Below the pieces are notes generated by a model. It did not search any database. It had not been told where the DNA came from and saw nothing but the letters and a program-made list of their open reading frames with translations. A program made the position numbers and the translations under genes. Of a stretch of DNA of 64,000 nucleotides, positions 52,512-62,856 are shown piece after piece. Origin of the DNA: an uncultured Acidobacteriota bacterium (GTDB taxonomy: Bacteria > Acidobacteriota > UBA6911); contig CAWEJX010000007.1 of NCBI GenBank assembly GCA_963809485.1, positions 224,001-288,000 of the forward strand, in the 5' to 3' direction. Position 1 is the stretch's first letter. The number at the start of each line of letters is the position of its first letter.

Positions 52512-53114
52512 ATGGGAGAACCTGGAGTGATCAAAATTGCTTGGATAAAACGACTTGTCACCGCTCTTTTGCTTGCGGCGATTACGGGATCGCCGGCGCA
52601 GGCTGCCGGCGCAAAACAGGAGGATACGAGACAGGAATATGTCTCTGCCCTCCAGGACATCCTGCGATTCGAAGGGATCATTAACGACGTGATCAACAGC
52701 AGTTTCAGCACAAGCCCGTTTGCCGTCGTCCAGAAGCCGAAGGGCGCTTATCTGCAGGGGTACGGCGTCAGTTTTGCATTTCTCGTCAATATTCACCGGG
52801 CCGTGAAGCGCACGCCGTTCGGCACCATCCGGCCCAAAAACGAACCGACCCAGGAGCTGAAAAAGCAGCGAATAGAGGAGTTGAAAGAAAAGCTGATACG
52901 GGTGCTTCAAGATAATGGAGAAAACTTCCGGATACTCCGAAAAGAAGAATATGTCACAATTATAGCTTACCTGGAGGACTGGAATCTTCCGGACGAGCCA
53001 AGCTCGAACAAAACGATCGTTCTGAGCGCGCTCAAGAAGGATCTGGATGAATTCGCACGGCGAAGCGATCGCTTGAAGGAATTCAAACAAAGGATGAAAA
53101 TCGTTGAGTATTAG
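52512..53114 (+). CDS. Secreted hypothetical protein
   Basis: Signal peptide; GAYLQGYGVSF; overlaps the gspE start. Confidence 0.7.
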   Translation: MGEPGVIKIAWIKRLVTALLLAAITGSPAQAAGAKQEDTRQEYVSALQDILRFEGIINDVINSSFSTSPFAVVQKPKGAYLQGYGVSFAFLVNIHRAVKRTPFGTIRPKNEPTQELKKQRIEELKEKLIRVLQDNGENFRILRKEEYVTIIAYLEDWNLPDEPSSNKTIVLSALKKDLDEFARRSDRLKEFKQRMKIVEY

Positions 53115-54831
53115 ACTTGAAGCTCTAAAATCCAAGAAGCTCATCGGCCAGGTCTTCCTGGAACGCGGCCTGATCGATGAGGAGGAATTGAGGACCGCCC
53201 TGAACCTGCAGGCGGATTCGCGCGAAAAATTAGGCAAACTTCTGGTGGATCTCGGATATGTCTCCGAAAGAGACTGCCTCGCCATCGTATCCGAGCATCT
53301 CGGGATCCCGGCGATGTCCGCAGCCGACTATCCGCCGGTACCGGTGATCGAAAACCTGCTCACGTTTCGTTTCATGAAACAGTGCAAATTCGTGCCGATC
53401 GCCCTCGAAAACAACGTGCTGACGCTGGCGATGACGGATCCTCTGGACAACGCCACGCTGGATGCGGTCCGACAGTCGACCGGCTACCAGGTAAGGGGCA
53501 TCCTGGGCGCCGAAAGCGAGATCATGGATATTCTTGAAAAATTCTATGGTTCCGCAGCCAGCACCCTTGGAAGGATCATCGAGGGCATCGATGACGGAAA
53601 TATCGAGAACCTCCCGGATGAGATCGAGGATATCGAGCAATTAAAGGACCTCGCGTCCGAAGCCCCCGTGATACGTCTTGTCAATCTCCTGATATCCAAG
53701 GCGATCGAAAATCGCGCGAGCGACATCCACATCGAACCGTTTGAAAAGGACCTGAAGGTGCGCTACCGGATCGACGGTATCCTTCACGACGTCGAGTCGC
53801 CACCCAAAAAGCTGAAAGCGGCTCTGATAAGCCGCGTGAAAATCATGTCCAAGCTGAATATCGCGGAGCGCCGGCTTCCCCAGGACGGAAGGATCAAGCT
53901 GAAGGTCCTGGGAAAGGACATCGACCTGCGTGTTTCGACCTTGCCGACCCTTTACGGGGAGAGCGTGGTCATGCGAATTCTGGACAAGAGCAATACCAGT
54001 CTTTACGATATACGCCGCCTCGGCTTCCCCGAAGACTCACTCAAGGAATTCGAGTCGCTCATACGCCGCCCTCACGGGATTTTTCTGGTCACCGGCCCCA
54101 CGGGCAGCGGCAAAACCACCACGCTGTACAGCGCCCTGAGCACGATCAATCTGCCGGACAAGAAAATCATCACTATCGAAGATCCTATCGAGTACCAGAT
54201 CGACGGAGTGAACCAGATTCACGTGAACGCGCAGATCGGGTTGACGTTTGCGGCCGGCCTGCGGCACATAGTGCGGCAGGATCCCGACGTCATCATGATC
54301 GGGGAAATCCGCGATCTGGAAACGGCCGAGATAGCCATTCGGGCAGCGCTGACCGGGCACCTGGTGTTTTCCACGCTGCACACCAACGACGCTCCGAGCG
54401 CCATAACCCGTCTGGTGGATATGGGAGCGGAGGATTATCTCATCGCCTCTTCCCTGCTGGGGGTGCTGGCGCAGCGCCTGGTCCGGGTTATCTGTCCTGA
54501 CTGCAGGACGGAAGTTCACCCTGTTCCTGAAATGCTGGATGAGATCGGGTTCAGACGCGGCGACCCGAGAAGCGGTCCAGACCGCTTCTATGAAGGGCGC
54601 GGGTGCGAAAGATGCAGCAACACGGGATTTGTCGGCAGAGTCGGCATTTATGAGCTGATGCCGATCAATGACGATATCCGCAAGCTGACCGTGGCCAAAG
54701 CGGATTCGAACCAGATCCTGAAGAAAGCGATCGAAAACGGAATGCGGTCACTCAGGGATGACGGCTGGCTCAAGGTTCGCAAGGGGATCACGAGCATTGC
54801 CGAAGTTCTGCGCGTGACCCAGGAATCCTGA
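53104..54831 (+). CDS. gspE: Type II secretion ATPase
   Basis: MshEN-like N-terminus, ASDIHIEP, GPTGSGKTT, RQDPD, tetracysteine motif. Confidence 0.93.
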   Translation: MSIRLEALKSKKLIGQVFLERGLIDEEELRTALNLQADSREKLGKLLVDLGYVSERDCLAIVSEHLGIPAMSAADYPPVPVIENLLTFRFMKQCKFVPIALENNVLTLAMTDPLDNATLDAVRQSTGYQVRGILGAESEIMDILEKFYGSAASTLGRIIEGIDDGNIENLPDEIEDIEQLKDLASEAPVIRLVNLLISKAIENRASDIHIEPFEKDLKVRYRIDGILHDVESPPKKLKAALISRVKIMSKLNIAERRLPQDGRIKLKVLGKDIDLRVSTLPTLYGESVVMRILDKSNTSLYDIRRLGFPEDSLKEFESLIRRPHGIFLVTGPTGSGKTTTLYSALSTINLPDKKIITIEDPIEYQIDGVNQIHVNAQIGLTFAAGLRHIVRQDPDVIMIGEIRDLETAEIAIRAALTGHLVFSTLHTNDAPSAITRLVDMGAEDYLIASSLLGVLAQRLVRVICPDCRTEVHPVPEMLDEIGFRRGDPRSGPDRFYEGRGCERCSNTGFVGRVGIYELMPINDDIRKLTVAKADSNQILKKAIENGMRSLRDDGWLKVRKGITSIAEVLRVTQES

Positions 54832-54924
54832 TGCCTGTTGGTGAAAAACTGTCGCAAATGATGCAAATCTCACAGAAAATCGGCCTTGATATAGGGTAAT
54901 CTGTGGCTTTTTCCGCAGGTGGTT

Positions 54925-56145
54925 ATGCCGGCGTACACCTATAAAGCGAGCACCATGGAGGGAAAGATCGTTGAGGGCGTTATGGAGGCCCAGGACGACG
55001 GAACCGTTTCCCTGAAGCTCCAGGAAATGGGACTGCTCCCGGTCCGTATCGACTCGACCGGTCGCCAAACCCTTCTGAACCGGGAAATCGAGTGGCCGTG
55101 GAAACGCAAAAAGATCAAGCACAAGGACCTTCTGGTTTTCACCCATGAGCTGCACACGCTCGTCCGGTCCGGCTTCCCCCTGGACCGCAGCCTTGCGATT
55201 CTGGGCCAGCTTGCCGAAAGCCCGGCCATGGCCGCGGTGATCCAGGATGTGCTGAAAGAAGTCAAAGGAGGCAAATCTTTTTCCGAGGCTTTGGGAAAAT
55301 ACCCGGCGGTTTTTCCCAAGGTATATGTGAACATGGTGAAAGCGGGCGAGGCCGGAGGAGCGCTGGAGGAGATACTCGCGCGCCTGGCTTCCTATTTGGA
55401 AACCAGCGACGAACTGCGGTCTTACATCCTCGGAGCCATGATTTATCCCGTGCTGCTGTCCGTCGTCGGCATCGTGAGCGTCACCATCCTGACGCTCTTT
55501 GTGGTTCCCAGGTTTGCCTCAATTTTTCAGGACATGGGAGTGCCGCTGCCCTTGCCCATGGCGATCCTTAAGGGCTTGAGTTCCTTCCTCTCCGGGTATT
55601 GGTGGCTTGTCCTTGTCGCGCTGATCCTTGCGGGCTACTACTTTAAACGCTTCAGGGAGAGCGAGCAGGGGCGTCTGAAACTGGACCGGTGGCTGCTTCG
55701 CATCCCTCTCGTCGGGGCCGTGCTGCGAAAGGTCGAGGTGGCGCGTTTTTCGCGGTCCCTGGGGACTCTGCTGCACGGCGGAGTGCCGCTTCTTCAGGCC
55801 ATGACGATCGTGCGCGAGATTATCGGCAACCAGAGCATCGCCATGGCTGTCGAGCCCATCCGCAATGGCATTAAGAAGGGGGAAGGGATCGCGCAGCCGA
55901 TGAAGCAAAGCGCGGTTTTCCCGCCCCTGGCAATGCATCTGATCGAGGTGGGAGAGGAATCCGGGAAACTCGACAGCATGCTGATCCAGGTCGGGGAAGT
56001 CTATGATGTCGAAGTTCGCAACAGCATCAAAAACCTGATCGCGTTTTTCGAGCCGGCGCTCATCCTGCTTATGGGCATCATTATCGGAACCATCGTGGTT
56101 TCCATGCTCATGGCAATATTCAGCATCAACGATATACCGCTATAA
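54925..56145 (+). CDS. gspF: Type II secretion inner-membrane platform protein
   Basis: GEAGG.L, AMIYP, GEESG.L duplicated T2SSF domains. Confidence 0.93.
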   Translation: MPAYTYKASTMEGKIVEGVMEAQDDGTVSLKLQEMGLLPVRIDSTGRQTLLNREIEWPWKRKKIKHKDLLVFTHELHTLVRSGFPLDRSLAILGQLAESPAMAAVIQDVLKEVKGGKSFSEALGKYPAVFPKVYVNMVKAGEAGGALEEILARLASYLETSDELRSYILGAMIYPVLLSVVGIVSVTILTLFVVPRFASIFQDMGVPLPLPMAILKGLSSFLSGYWWLVLVALILAGYYFKRFRESEQGRLKLDRWLLRIPLVGAVLRKVEVARFSRSLGTLLHGGVPLLQAMTIVREIIGNQSIAMAVEPIRNGIKKGEGIAQPMKQSAVFPPLAMHLIEVGEESGKLDSMLIQVGEVYDVEVRNSIKNLIAFFEPALILLMGIIIGTIVVSMLMAIFSINDIPL

Positions 56146-56196
56146 GAATTGACGATTTTCGGTTGACGGTCGCAGCTTCCGGATTGGGAGGTAAAT

Positions 56197-56619
56197 ATGC
56201 ATGGAGACTTTGATGAGCGCAGGTCCGAGAGAGGATTTTCACTCATAGAGCTGATTGTCGTGCTGGTGATTCTCGGCCTGCTGGCGGCGGTCGTGGCGCC
56301 CAACGTGTACCAGAAGCTCGCAAAGGGCAAGGACCAGATTGCAAAGATTCAGATCAAGGAACTTGAGGGCGCCTTGCAGCTGTATTCGTTTGATATGGGC
56401 CGTTACCCGGATTCGGGCGAGGGATTGGAAGCTTTGATACGGAATCCCGGGAGCGTGGATTCCTGGAAGGGGCCTTACCTGGCAAAGGAGCTGCCCAAAG
56501 ATCCCTGGGGAAGGCTTTACATGTATCGAAGCCCCGGGACGCATGGAGATTTTGATCTGTTTTCCTTGGGAGCGGACGGCGCCGAAGGCGGCGAGGATGA
56601 TATCTGCAGCTGGAAGTGA
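56197..56619 (+). CDS. gspG: Major pseudopilin
   Basis: GFSLIE prepilin motif; W.GPYL, PKDPWG, SLGADG. Confidence 0.93.
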   Translation: MHGDFDERRSERGFSLIELIVVLVILGLLAAVVAPNVYQKLAKGKDQIAKIQIKELEGALQLYSFDMGRYPDSGEGLEALIRNPGSVDSWKGPYLAKELPKDPWGRLYMYRSPGTHGDFDLFSLGADGAEGGEDDICSWK

Positions 56620-56620
56620 C

Positions 56621-57103
56621 ATGAAACCTGCGCGAAACCAGGGATTTACCCTTTTGGAACTGATGATGGTCGTGCTGGTGATCGCGCTGGTGCTGGCTGT
56701 TTCCTATCCATCGCTCTCGCGAGGCTCGACAGCCCTTCATCTGCGGGCCACCGGGCGCGACGTTCTGAATGCCTTCCGGTATGCCCGGGAGAAAGCGGTC
56801 ACCGAACAGACCGGAATGAGGGTCACGGTGGATCCACAGAAACAGGAACTGGTTTTGACCAATGACCTTGGCGAGGGAAGCCGTAAATACGTGCCCCCTC
56901 ATGACGTAAGGTTCCAGCGAATTGCCCTGGGAGGAAGCGAGATTGTGGACCGCTCGATGGTGGTGCGTTTTCTTCCCAACGGCAGTTCGGATCACGCAGA
57001 GATACTTTTGAGATCGGACACAGGCTCTCTTCTCAGGGTCATTACCGATCCCATAACCGGAGGCGCCCGCATCGAATCCGGTTCCGGAGAAAATCGGCCG
57101 TGA
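56621..57103 (+). CDS. gspH: Minor pseudopilin
   Basis: GFTLLE; F.PNGS motif. Confidence 0.8.
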   Translation: MKPARNQGFTLLELMMVVLVIALVLAVSYPSLSRGSTALHLRATGRDVLNAFRYAREKAVTEQTGMRVTVDPQKQELVLTNDLGEGSRKYVPPHDVRFQRIALGGSEIVDRSMVVRFLPNGSSDHAEILLRSDTGSLLRVITDPITGGARIESGSGENRP

Positions 57104-57597
57104 ATTGCTCAAGCAGGCGAAAAGGCCGCGAATTTCACAAAGCGGTCCGAGGCGGATCGGGGCATCCGGGCAGTGCCGGCTTTACGCTGCTCGAGGTGCT
57201 GGTGGCTCTGACAGTGCTGGCGGTAGGCGCGGCACTTACGATGTCCCTGATTTCCGGATCGCTGGGCAACATCCGGAAGGTGCAGTTGCGGACACGCACC
57301 GTCGAGCATGCACAGTCGGTCATGGAACTTGCCCTGCTCGACGACTCCATTCAGCAGCCTACCGCGTTCACAGGCGATTTCGAGGATGGGACCCGGTGGT
57401 CCGTCCGCGTCGAGGATTATTTTTTGCCGGAGGCTCTGCAAATACCGGAACAGGCGCTTCAGAATATGCCGGTCAAGCTCCTCCACTATACCGTCGAAAT
57501 GATCGGTCCGGATTCCATGGCGCCCGATTATCGATTGCAGACCTTGAAGCTGGTGCGCGTGCAGTCGGAAAATCAACCTGCGAGGTTGCCGCAATGA
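57100..57597 (+). CDS. gspI: Minor pseudopilin
   Basis: GFTLLEVLVAL; position in cluster. Confidence 0.78.
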   Translation: MNCSSRRKGREFHKAVRGGSGHPGSAGFTLLEVLVALTVLAVGAALTMSLISGSLGNIRKVQLRTRTVEHAQSVMELALLDDSIQQPTAFTGDFEDGTRWSVRVEDYFLPEALQIPEQALQNMPVKLLHYTVEMIGPDSMAPDYRLQTLKLVRVQSENQPARLPQ

Positions 57598-58337
57598 TCC
57601 TCTCAAACAAGCGTTCAGGAAAATCCGAGGGAGGATTCACGCTGCTGGAAATGCTCATTGCGGTGACTCTTGTCGCCCTGATGGCCGTCGGCCTCTGGGC
57701 CGTATTCACCATAAGCGTCCGCTCCTGGTCCCGAGGCACCCAATTCATCGATGCCAATCAGCGGCACCGGAGCATTCTGGACATGGTTCGAAAACAGCTG
57801 GCCTCAGCCTACGGCCTGTATGGCGAAGCTGAGCAGGAGGAAACCGAACAGGGATCCGCGTCGACCCCGGTGTTGATTTTCAGCGGTGCGCAGGACTCTC
57901 TACGCTTTATCAGTCTGAATTCCCTGCAATTTCAGGAGAGCCCGGGCCTGACTCTTGTTTCCTACGAGGTTGCCCGCGATCTCCAGGGCGACTACGCCCT
58001 GGTCGAGAAGGAAGCGCGCTATCTGGGACAGGCCCCCGGTGAGGAAATCGCCGTCATTCAGAACAGGGCGATTCCCATCTTTGAAAACCTGTCCAGCTGC
58101 ATCTTCGAGTATTTCGATCCGGGCAGCGGCGACAATCCTCCCAGGTGGGTCAGGGAGTGGAATGCGCAGGATATGGGACAGTTGCCCCTGGCCGTTTCGA
58201 TGACTATGATATCCAGGGGCCGTGACGGCAAATCATTGAGCCGGCACATAGTCGTGCCTATCCAGGCAAAGGTCAGCAATTACCGCAGGAATGTCACGAA
58301 TCCATTCGGCGGCAGAAGAGGGGGAGTAATGCAGTAG
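57594..58337 (+). CDS. gspJ: Minor pseudopilin
   Basis: ATG 57594 overlaps the gspI stop; GFTLLEMLIA; C-terminal W..EW...LPLAV. Confidence 0.8.
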   Translation: MILSNKRSGKSEGGFTLLEMLIAVTLVALMAVGLWAVFTISVRSWSRGTQFIDANQRHRSILDMVRKQLASAYGLYGEAEQEETEQGSASTPVLIFSGAQDSLRFISLNSLQFQESPGLTLVSYEVARDLQGDYALVEKEARYLGQAPGEEIAVIQNRAIPIFENLSSCIFEYFDPGSGDNPPRWVREWNAQDMGQLPLAVSMTMISRGRDGKSLSRHIVVPIQAKVSNYRRNVTNPFGGRRGGVMQ

Positions 58338-58339
58338 TT

Positions 58340-58639
58340 AGTTTCTATCGCGGAACTCGGTTTTTGCGAGGATACCGGATTCTATAGCAGTCGACAGGAT
58401 ATTTGATATTACATGGAAGCCGGAAATTGGAGCCAGGCCGCGTAGCGGCCAGTTGAATTTAGCCGGGCCTTTTAAGGCCTGGATCTGAAGGAGTTAGGAT
58501 TTCCGTCGCGTAGCGACGGTTGAATCTCAGGAGTCGCTACGCGACGCGCTGTTCCAAATACCATGAGTCCCGGCCTTAAAAGGCCGGGCTAAAGTCATAG
58601 TGCCGCTACGCGGCACAAATCAGTTTCGCCACAGAAACC
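58340..58639. mobile_element. 300-bp MITE (family A, copy 2) between gspJ and gspK
   Basis: TIRs agtttctatcgcggaact and agtttcgccacagaaacc; TSD AGTT at 58336-58339 and 58640-58643; colinear with 6237-6536. Confidence 0.85.
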
Positions 58640-58668
58640 AGTTAGTGGTTAATTGTTGGCGAGGGGCG

Positions 58669-59694
58669 ATGAAGGGTAATTTGAGCGAGAGGCCGGGGAA
58701 GCAGGAGGAGCGGGGAGTGATATTGATTGCGCTGCTGTGGATCCTGACTGCATTGTCCGTCATTGCGTTGAGCTTTTCGAGGGAGAGTTTTGTGGAAGTG
58801 GCCGCAGCCCGGAATGCGCAATCGATGGAAGACTCCTATTTCGTGGCGCGAGCCGGAATCGCAACAACCATATACCGGCTGGTGCAAAAGAGGTTTTACC
58901 CGGTTTCTCAGGGCGTGCAGCTTCAGGACACGACCGATGCGATGGACTTGGGAGTTGTGACCGGTCAGCTTGGCGGAGGGGTCTACAGGATCGATATCCA
59001 GGACGAATCGGGTAAAATAAACCTGAATACGGTCCAGGAAGAACAGATGCGCGCCCTGGCTACGGCTTCGGGAATCGATGAGAACGATGCGGGCATTATT
59101 GCCGATTCAATCCTGGACTGGCGCGACACCGATAAACTGCACCGGATCAACGGGGCCGAGGATGACTATTACGAAACACTGGATCCTCCCTACAAGGCCA
59201 GGAACGGAAGGTTTGAAACTGTTGAGGAGTTGCTTCTCGTGAGGGGAGTACGCACGGAATATTTTTACGGCTATCCCGTGAGGCTTCCTGACGGCTCGAT
59301 CGGGTATAAATATGGGCTTTCCCGCTATTGTACGGTTTACTCGCCGAGAAGCCAGGTTAACGTCAACTTTGCGCCTCTGCCGGTCCTTCAGTCTGTGCCC
59401 GGCATGTCTCCGGATGCCGCTCAAGCGATTTATGCCCGGAGGCTGGTCAAGCCGTTCAAGACAATCGAGGAAATAACGCGTGAGCTTTCGGTGAACATAG
59501 CCACGAATTCGCGGCCATTTCTCTCCACGGACCAGACGGGCATCTACACTCTCACGGCTTCCGCGCATTCGCAGCGTTCCAAGGCGCGGCGCGTCCTGCG
59601 CACGGTGATTGCCCTCGACCGCTCGGAGAAAACGCAATATCGGACCCTTTATTGGAACGAAAATGTTCCCGATTATGAAGGCGTAAAACCATGA
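58669..59694 (+). CDS. gspK: Minor pseudopilin GspK
   Basis: RGVILIALLW, DESGKINLN, ILDWRD, ELLLVRG. Confidence 0.9.
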   Translation: MKGNLSERPGKQEERGVILIALLWILTALSVIALSFSRESFVEVAAARNAQSMEDSYFVARAGIATTIYRLVQKRFYPVSQGVQLQDTTDAMDLGVVTGQLGGGVYRIDIQDESGKINLNTVQEEQMRALATASGIDENDAGIIADSILDWRDTDKLHRINGAEDDYYETLDPPYKARNGRFETVEELLLVRGVRTEYFYGYPVRLPDGSIGYKYGLSRYCTVYSPRSQVNVNFAPLPVLQSVPGMSPDAAQAIYARRLVKPFKTIEEITRELSVNIATNSRPFLSTDQTGIYTLTASAHSQRSKARRVLRTVIALDRSEKTQYRTLYWNENVPDYEGVKP

Positions 59695-61088
59695 TTTACC
59701 TCAAAACCGGAATCGGGATCGAGCTGCGGGGCGAGGATATGCTGATCTCCGCCCTTCAAAGCAATTTCGCCGGCGAAGTGTTCACGCATTTCAAGCGCAT
59801 TGCGGAATACCGCCAGCGCGACAAGGAAGGACTGCGGAGAGAAATCGCTTTCTTTTTCAAGTCAAAGGGGCTCAGCAAAGAAAACATCGTGCTGGGGATT
59901 CCCCGCAGCGACATCGTGATGCGCCACCTGGATCTGCCCGCAGAAGTCGCGGATAACCTCAAACAGGTTATCCAGTATCAGGTGCAGTCGTTCGAGCCTA
60001 CCGAAGAGGAGCGGTCCTACTACGACTATACCGTGCTCGAGGGGACCGGCAGCAAAAAGAGGCTCTCCGTCCTGCTTGCCATGGTGAAGAAATCCCTTCT
60101 CGACGAGCATCTTCAGCTTCTGCTCGTTCTCGGGATCAAGCCCGTCGCGGTGATCGGAAGCTCCATGGCGCTTTCGAACCTGTTTTCCAGGAAGCAAAAG
60201 GACCTGCGCAACAAAATATACTTTCTTGCGGACCTGACTCCAACTTCCCTCGAGCTCCTGGCTTTGCGGGATGGGGCGTATGTTTACTCCCGCGGGGTTT
60301 CCAAGGAAATCGGCCAGAGCTGGAGCGATCTGATACTGCGCGAAGTTAACGAGGCGGCATCCAAAATCAGGCTTGGGCCCGAGGATGCCCTGGAAAAGAT
60401 CGTTCTCGCCGGGGAAGCTTCGGAAACGGCGCTGGGAGAACTGGAAGCCGACGTGCCCGCCTGCGAGCTTCTGAAAAACTCGGTCAAATTCGAGGCGCCC
60501 GGAGACAATGCGCTTCATTTCCAGGAGGCGGCCTGCTCGCTGGGATTGGCCTACGCCGGAATAGCGCGCGGGCTTCCTGTCAGGATGAACTTCCTGCCCG
60601 ATGAGCTGCGCCGGCGTCAGACACGCTGGGCTTATGTGCCGGCTTTTATTCTGGGCCTGATCATCGTGGCCCTGTTGGCGGCCCTTGGTTTTCACCGCAT
60701 GATCCAGAACCGGGCCCTGATCCAAAGGCTCGATCAGGAAATTTTGTCCTTGAAGGCGCCGGTGGAAAGGGTTCAATCGCTCCAAAGACGCTCGGATGCC
60801 ACGGAAACCAGGATCCGGGCCATCGAGGAAGTTTTCCGAAAGAAAGATATGAACCTGGAGGTTTTGAGGGAGCTGACCTCGATACTTCCTGCCGATACTT
60901 TTTTGAGCACCTACACCTATCGGGACGGAATCATACAAATGGCCGGTTCCAGCGGTTCCGCTCCCGACCTGATCTCGAAGCTTGAAAAATCTCCGCTGCT
61001 GAAAGATGTCACTCAAAAGGGCCAGATTTTCAGAGACGCGCAGACGGGGAAGGAACGGTTCAATTTTGAGGCAAAACTGGAGAGATAA
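59691..61088 (+). CDS. gspL: GspL-like protein (PilM-like actin fold + TM + PilN-like domain)
   Basis: MNFLP motif before a TM helix; ferredoxin-like periplasmic end; cluster position. Confidence 0.75.
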   Translation: MIYLKTGIGIELRGEDMLISALQSNFAGEVFTHFKRIAEYRQRDKEGLRREIAFFFKSKGLSKENIVLGIPRSDIVMRHLDLPAEVADNLKQVIQYQVQSFEPTEEERSYYDYTVLEGTGSKKRLSVLLAMVKKSLLDEHLQLLLVLGIKPVAVIGSSMALSNLFSRKQKDLRNKIYFLADLTPTSLELLALRDGAYVYSRGVSKEIGQSWSDLILREVNEAASKIRLGPEDALEKIVLAGEASETALGELEADVPACELLKNSVKFEAPGDNALHFQEAACSLGLAYAGIARGLPVRMNFLPDELRRRQTRWAYVPAFILGLIIVALLAALGFHRMIQNRALIQRLDQEILSLKAPVERVQSLQRRSDATETRIRAIEEVFRKKDMNLEVLRELTSILPADTFLSTYTYRDGIIQMAGSSGSAPDLISKLEKSPLLKDVTQKGQIFRDAQTGKERFNFEAKLER

Positions 61089-61091
61089 GCC

Positions 61092-61679
61092 GTGAAGGTT
61101 ACGCCAAGAGAAAAAAAGGTCATTGCCCTGGCTGCCGTTATCGCCGCCGTCGTAATGGTTTATTTTGCCGTCGACAAGCTGCTTCCGGACGGTGAAGATC
61201 TCTCTCAGACCGTGGAACTCAAGAAGAAAATGCTTCTCAAGCAGCGGGAGACCCTTGGCCGTGAAGAAACCTACAAACAGCGCCTGGAGCAGTACGCGGA
61301 GCACCTCCGGCAGGATCTGACCAAGCTGTTGCCCGGCGACAGCCCGAATGTGGCGAGCGCCGAACTTCAGAAGATACTCAAGGAGTTTGCGGATCAGAGC
61401 TCTGTGGAAATAACCCAGCGGAACACCCTGCCGGCCAAAAAGGCCGAGAACGGTATCCAGCGCGTTTCCGTGCGCATTGAGACAAATTGCACGCCCGAAG
61501 AACTGGTGCAGTTCCTGGCTGCGGTCGAAAATTACGAAAAATTTCTGACGATCGACGAATTCACGATCACGGGCTTCAGGAACCAGCGAAGATATGACAT
61601 ACGGCCCAGCCTGACGATTTCGGGTTACATCCACGCGGAGGAGAAGGAACCCGAAAAGAAGGCGGAAACCGGAGCCTAG
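61092..61679 (+). CDS. gspM: GspM/PilO-like protein
   Basis: REK followed by a TM helix and coiled coil; L..FL..VE motif. Confidence 0.75.
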   Translation: MKVTPREKKVIALAAVIAAVVMVYFAVDKLLPDGEDLSQTVELKKKMLLKQRETLGREETYKQRLEQYAEHLRQDLTKLLPGDSPNVASAELQKILKEFADQSSVEITQRNTLPAKKAENGIQRVSVRIETNCTPEELVQFLAAVENYEKFLTIDEFTITGFRNQRRYDIRPSLTISGYIHAEEKEPEKKAETGA

Positions 61680-61748
61680 CGGAGGCAGCCGGAAGGCCGC
61701 CCTGATTGTAACGCTCGAACACGGAGTTGCCTTAAGGAAGAGGCTGAC

Positions 61749-62618
61749 ATGAGCAAAAAATGGATCGCCATCAACCTGCTGCTGCTTGCAGTCGCGGGAG
61801 CGCTTGCACGGCAGCTTTATGTTTCGGTGCTGCGATTCAATGCGGAAAATAATCTGGCGAAAATACAGCCTGTCCGGGACATGAAGCAGAAGATGACCCA
61901 GGAAAGGCCGCTGCCCAAAATAGCGCCGGCCAAAAAGTATGCCGCAGCGGATTTTGCCGTCATCCCGGAAAAGAACATTTTCGCGGAATCCCGAAGCAAG
62001 GAAGACAAGGTGGAGGAAACCGCTCCTCCGGAACCCCCGCCGCTGGCGCAAAAGCCCATTCTGGTTGGGATCACCATATCCGGCACCCAGCGAATGGCCG
62101 CCATCATCGAGCCGGCAGGCTCGCAGCAAAATCAGAACCGCCGGGCCCAGAACAAACGCATCGGGGACGTTTATCATGGGTACACGATTACGGACATAAC
62201 TTCGGACCGTATCGTGCTCGAAAGCGGCACGCGGAAGGAAATCATTCCTCTTCACGAAGGCTCCAAGCGGAGCCGTGGGGGAAAAACTTCGGTGGTCGCG
62301 ACTCGTGTGGTCTCCATCGGCACAGGAGGAGGAGGCGGCGGGAGCATCCCGGTCTATGTTGTTTCGGAAACCGCCGGCGCAGCAAAGCCGACTGCAGCGC
62401 CCGGAGCGCCGCCGGTGCCTCCCGGCGCAGGCCAACAGGCAGGCAGACTGCCTGCCGGAACAACCGCCCGGCCGGCAGCGGCAGTTGCCCCTCAGCAGCC
62501 GGCAACGCCTGCGCAGCAACGGCCCGCGCAGACGCCCGGGACAGAAGGAACCGATACGCAAAGAGGCCGGGTCATACGGACCCCCTTCGGCAACATTGTC
62601 CGTCCCGACCGGAATTAG
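61749..62618 (+). CDS. GspC/PilP-like T2SS accessory protein
   Basis: TM helix, NIF motif, LVGI...A.I....GD..GY.I..I..DRIVL HR-like domain, Pro/Ala tail. Confidence 0.65.
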   Translation: MSKKWIAINLLLLAVAGALARQLYVSVLRFNAENNLAKIQPVRDMKQKMTQERPLPKIAPAKKYAAADFAVIPEKNIFAESRSKEDKVEETAPPEPPPLAQKPILVGITISGTQRMAAIIEPAGSQQNQNRRAQNKRIGDVYHGYTITDITSDRIVLESGTRKEIIPLHEGSKRSRGGKTSVVATRVVSIGTGGGGGGSIPVYVVSETAGAAKPTAAPGAPPVPPGAGQQAGRLPAGTTARPAAAVAPQQPATPAQQRPAQTPGTEGTDTQRGRVIRTPFGNIVRPDRN

Positions 62619-62856
62619 CTATGGATATTTTAGATCTGAAGCATAAGGGAGTTTCCGTAGGGCATTGCAGGACGCAGCCGGGATTTCACCAGGATAAAAC
62701 CGGCTGGGAACCCGTTCCCGATGGCAAGTCCGGGACAGTATGGGTTTCAGGATAGGAATGCTGGCATTGCACCGGCGCCGGATGCGTTCAGGTCCGACGG
62801 GAAGGCGTTGTCAGGATATTGGGTGTTTGCAGCGACTCTCCAAGAGAGGAAGCGTT

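Noticed and set aside
59862-62561. 899-aa minus-strand ORF
   Set aside because: Antisense shadow of gspL/gspM/gspC-like genes with no recognisable motifs. The same applies to 17190-18509, 28363-29499 and 42321-43634.
62619-62856. Structured RNA or riboswitch before gspD
   Set aside because: Only short hairpins are present, with no recognisable aptamer consensus or terminator.
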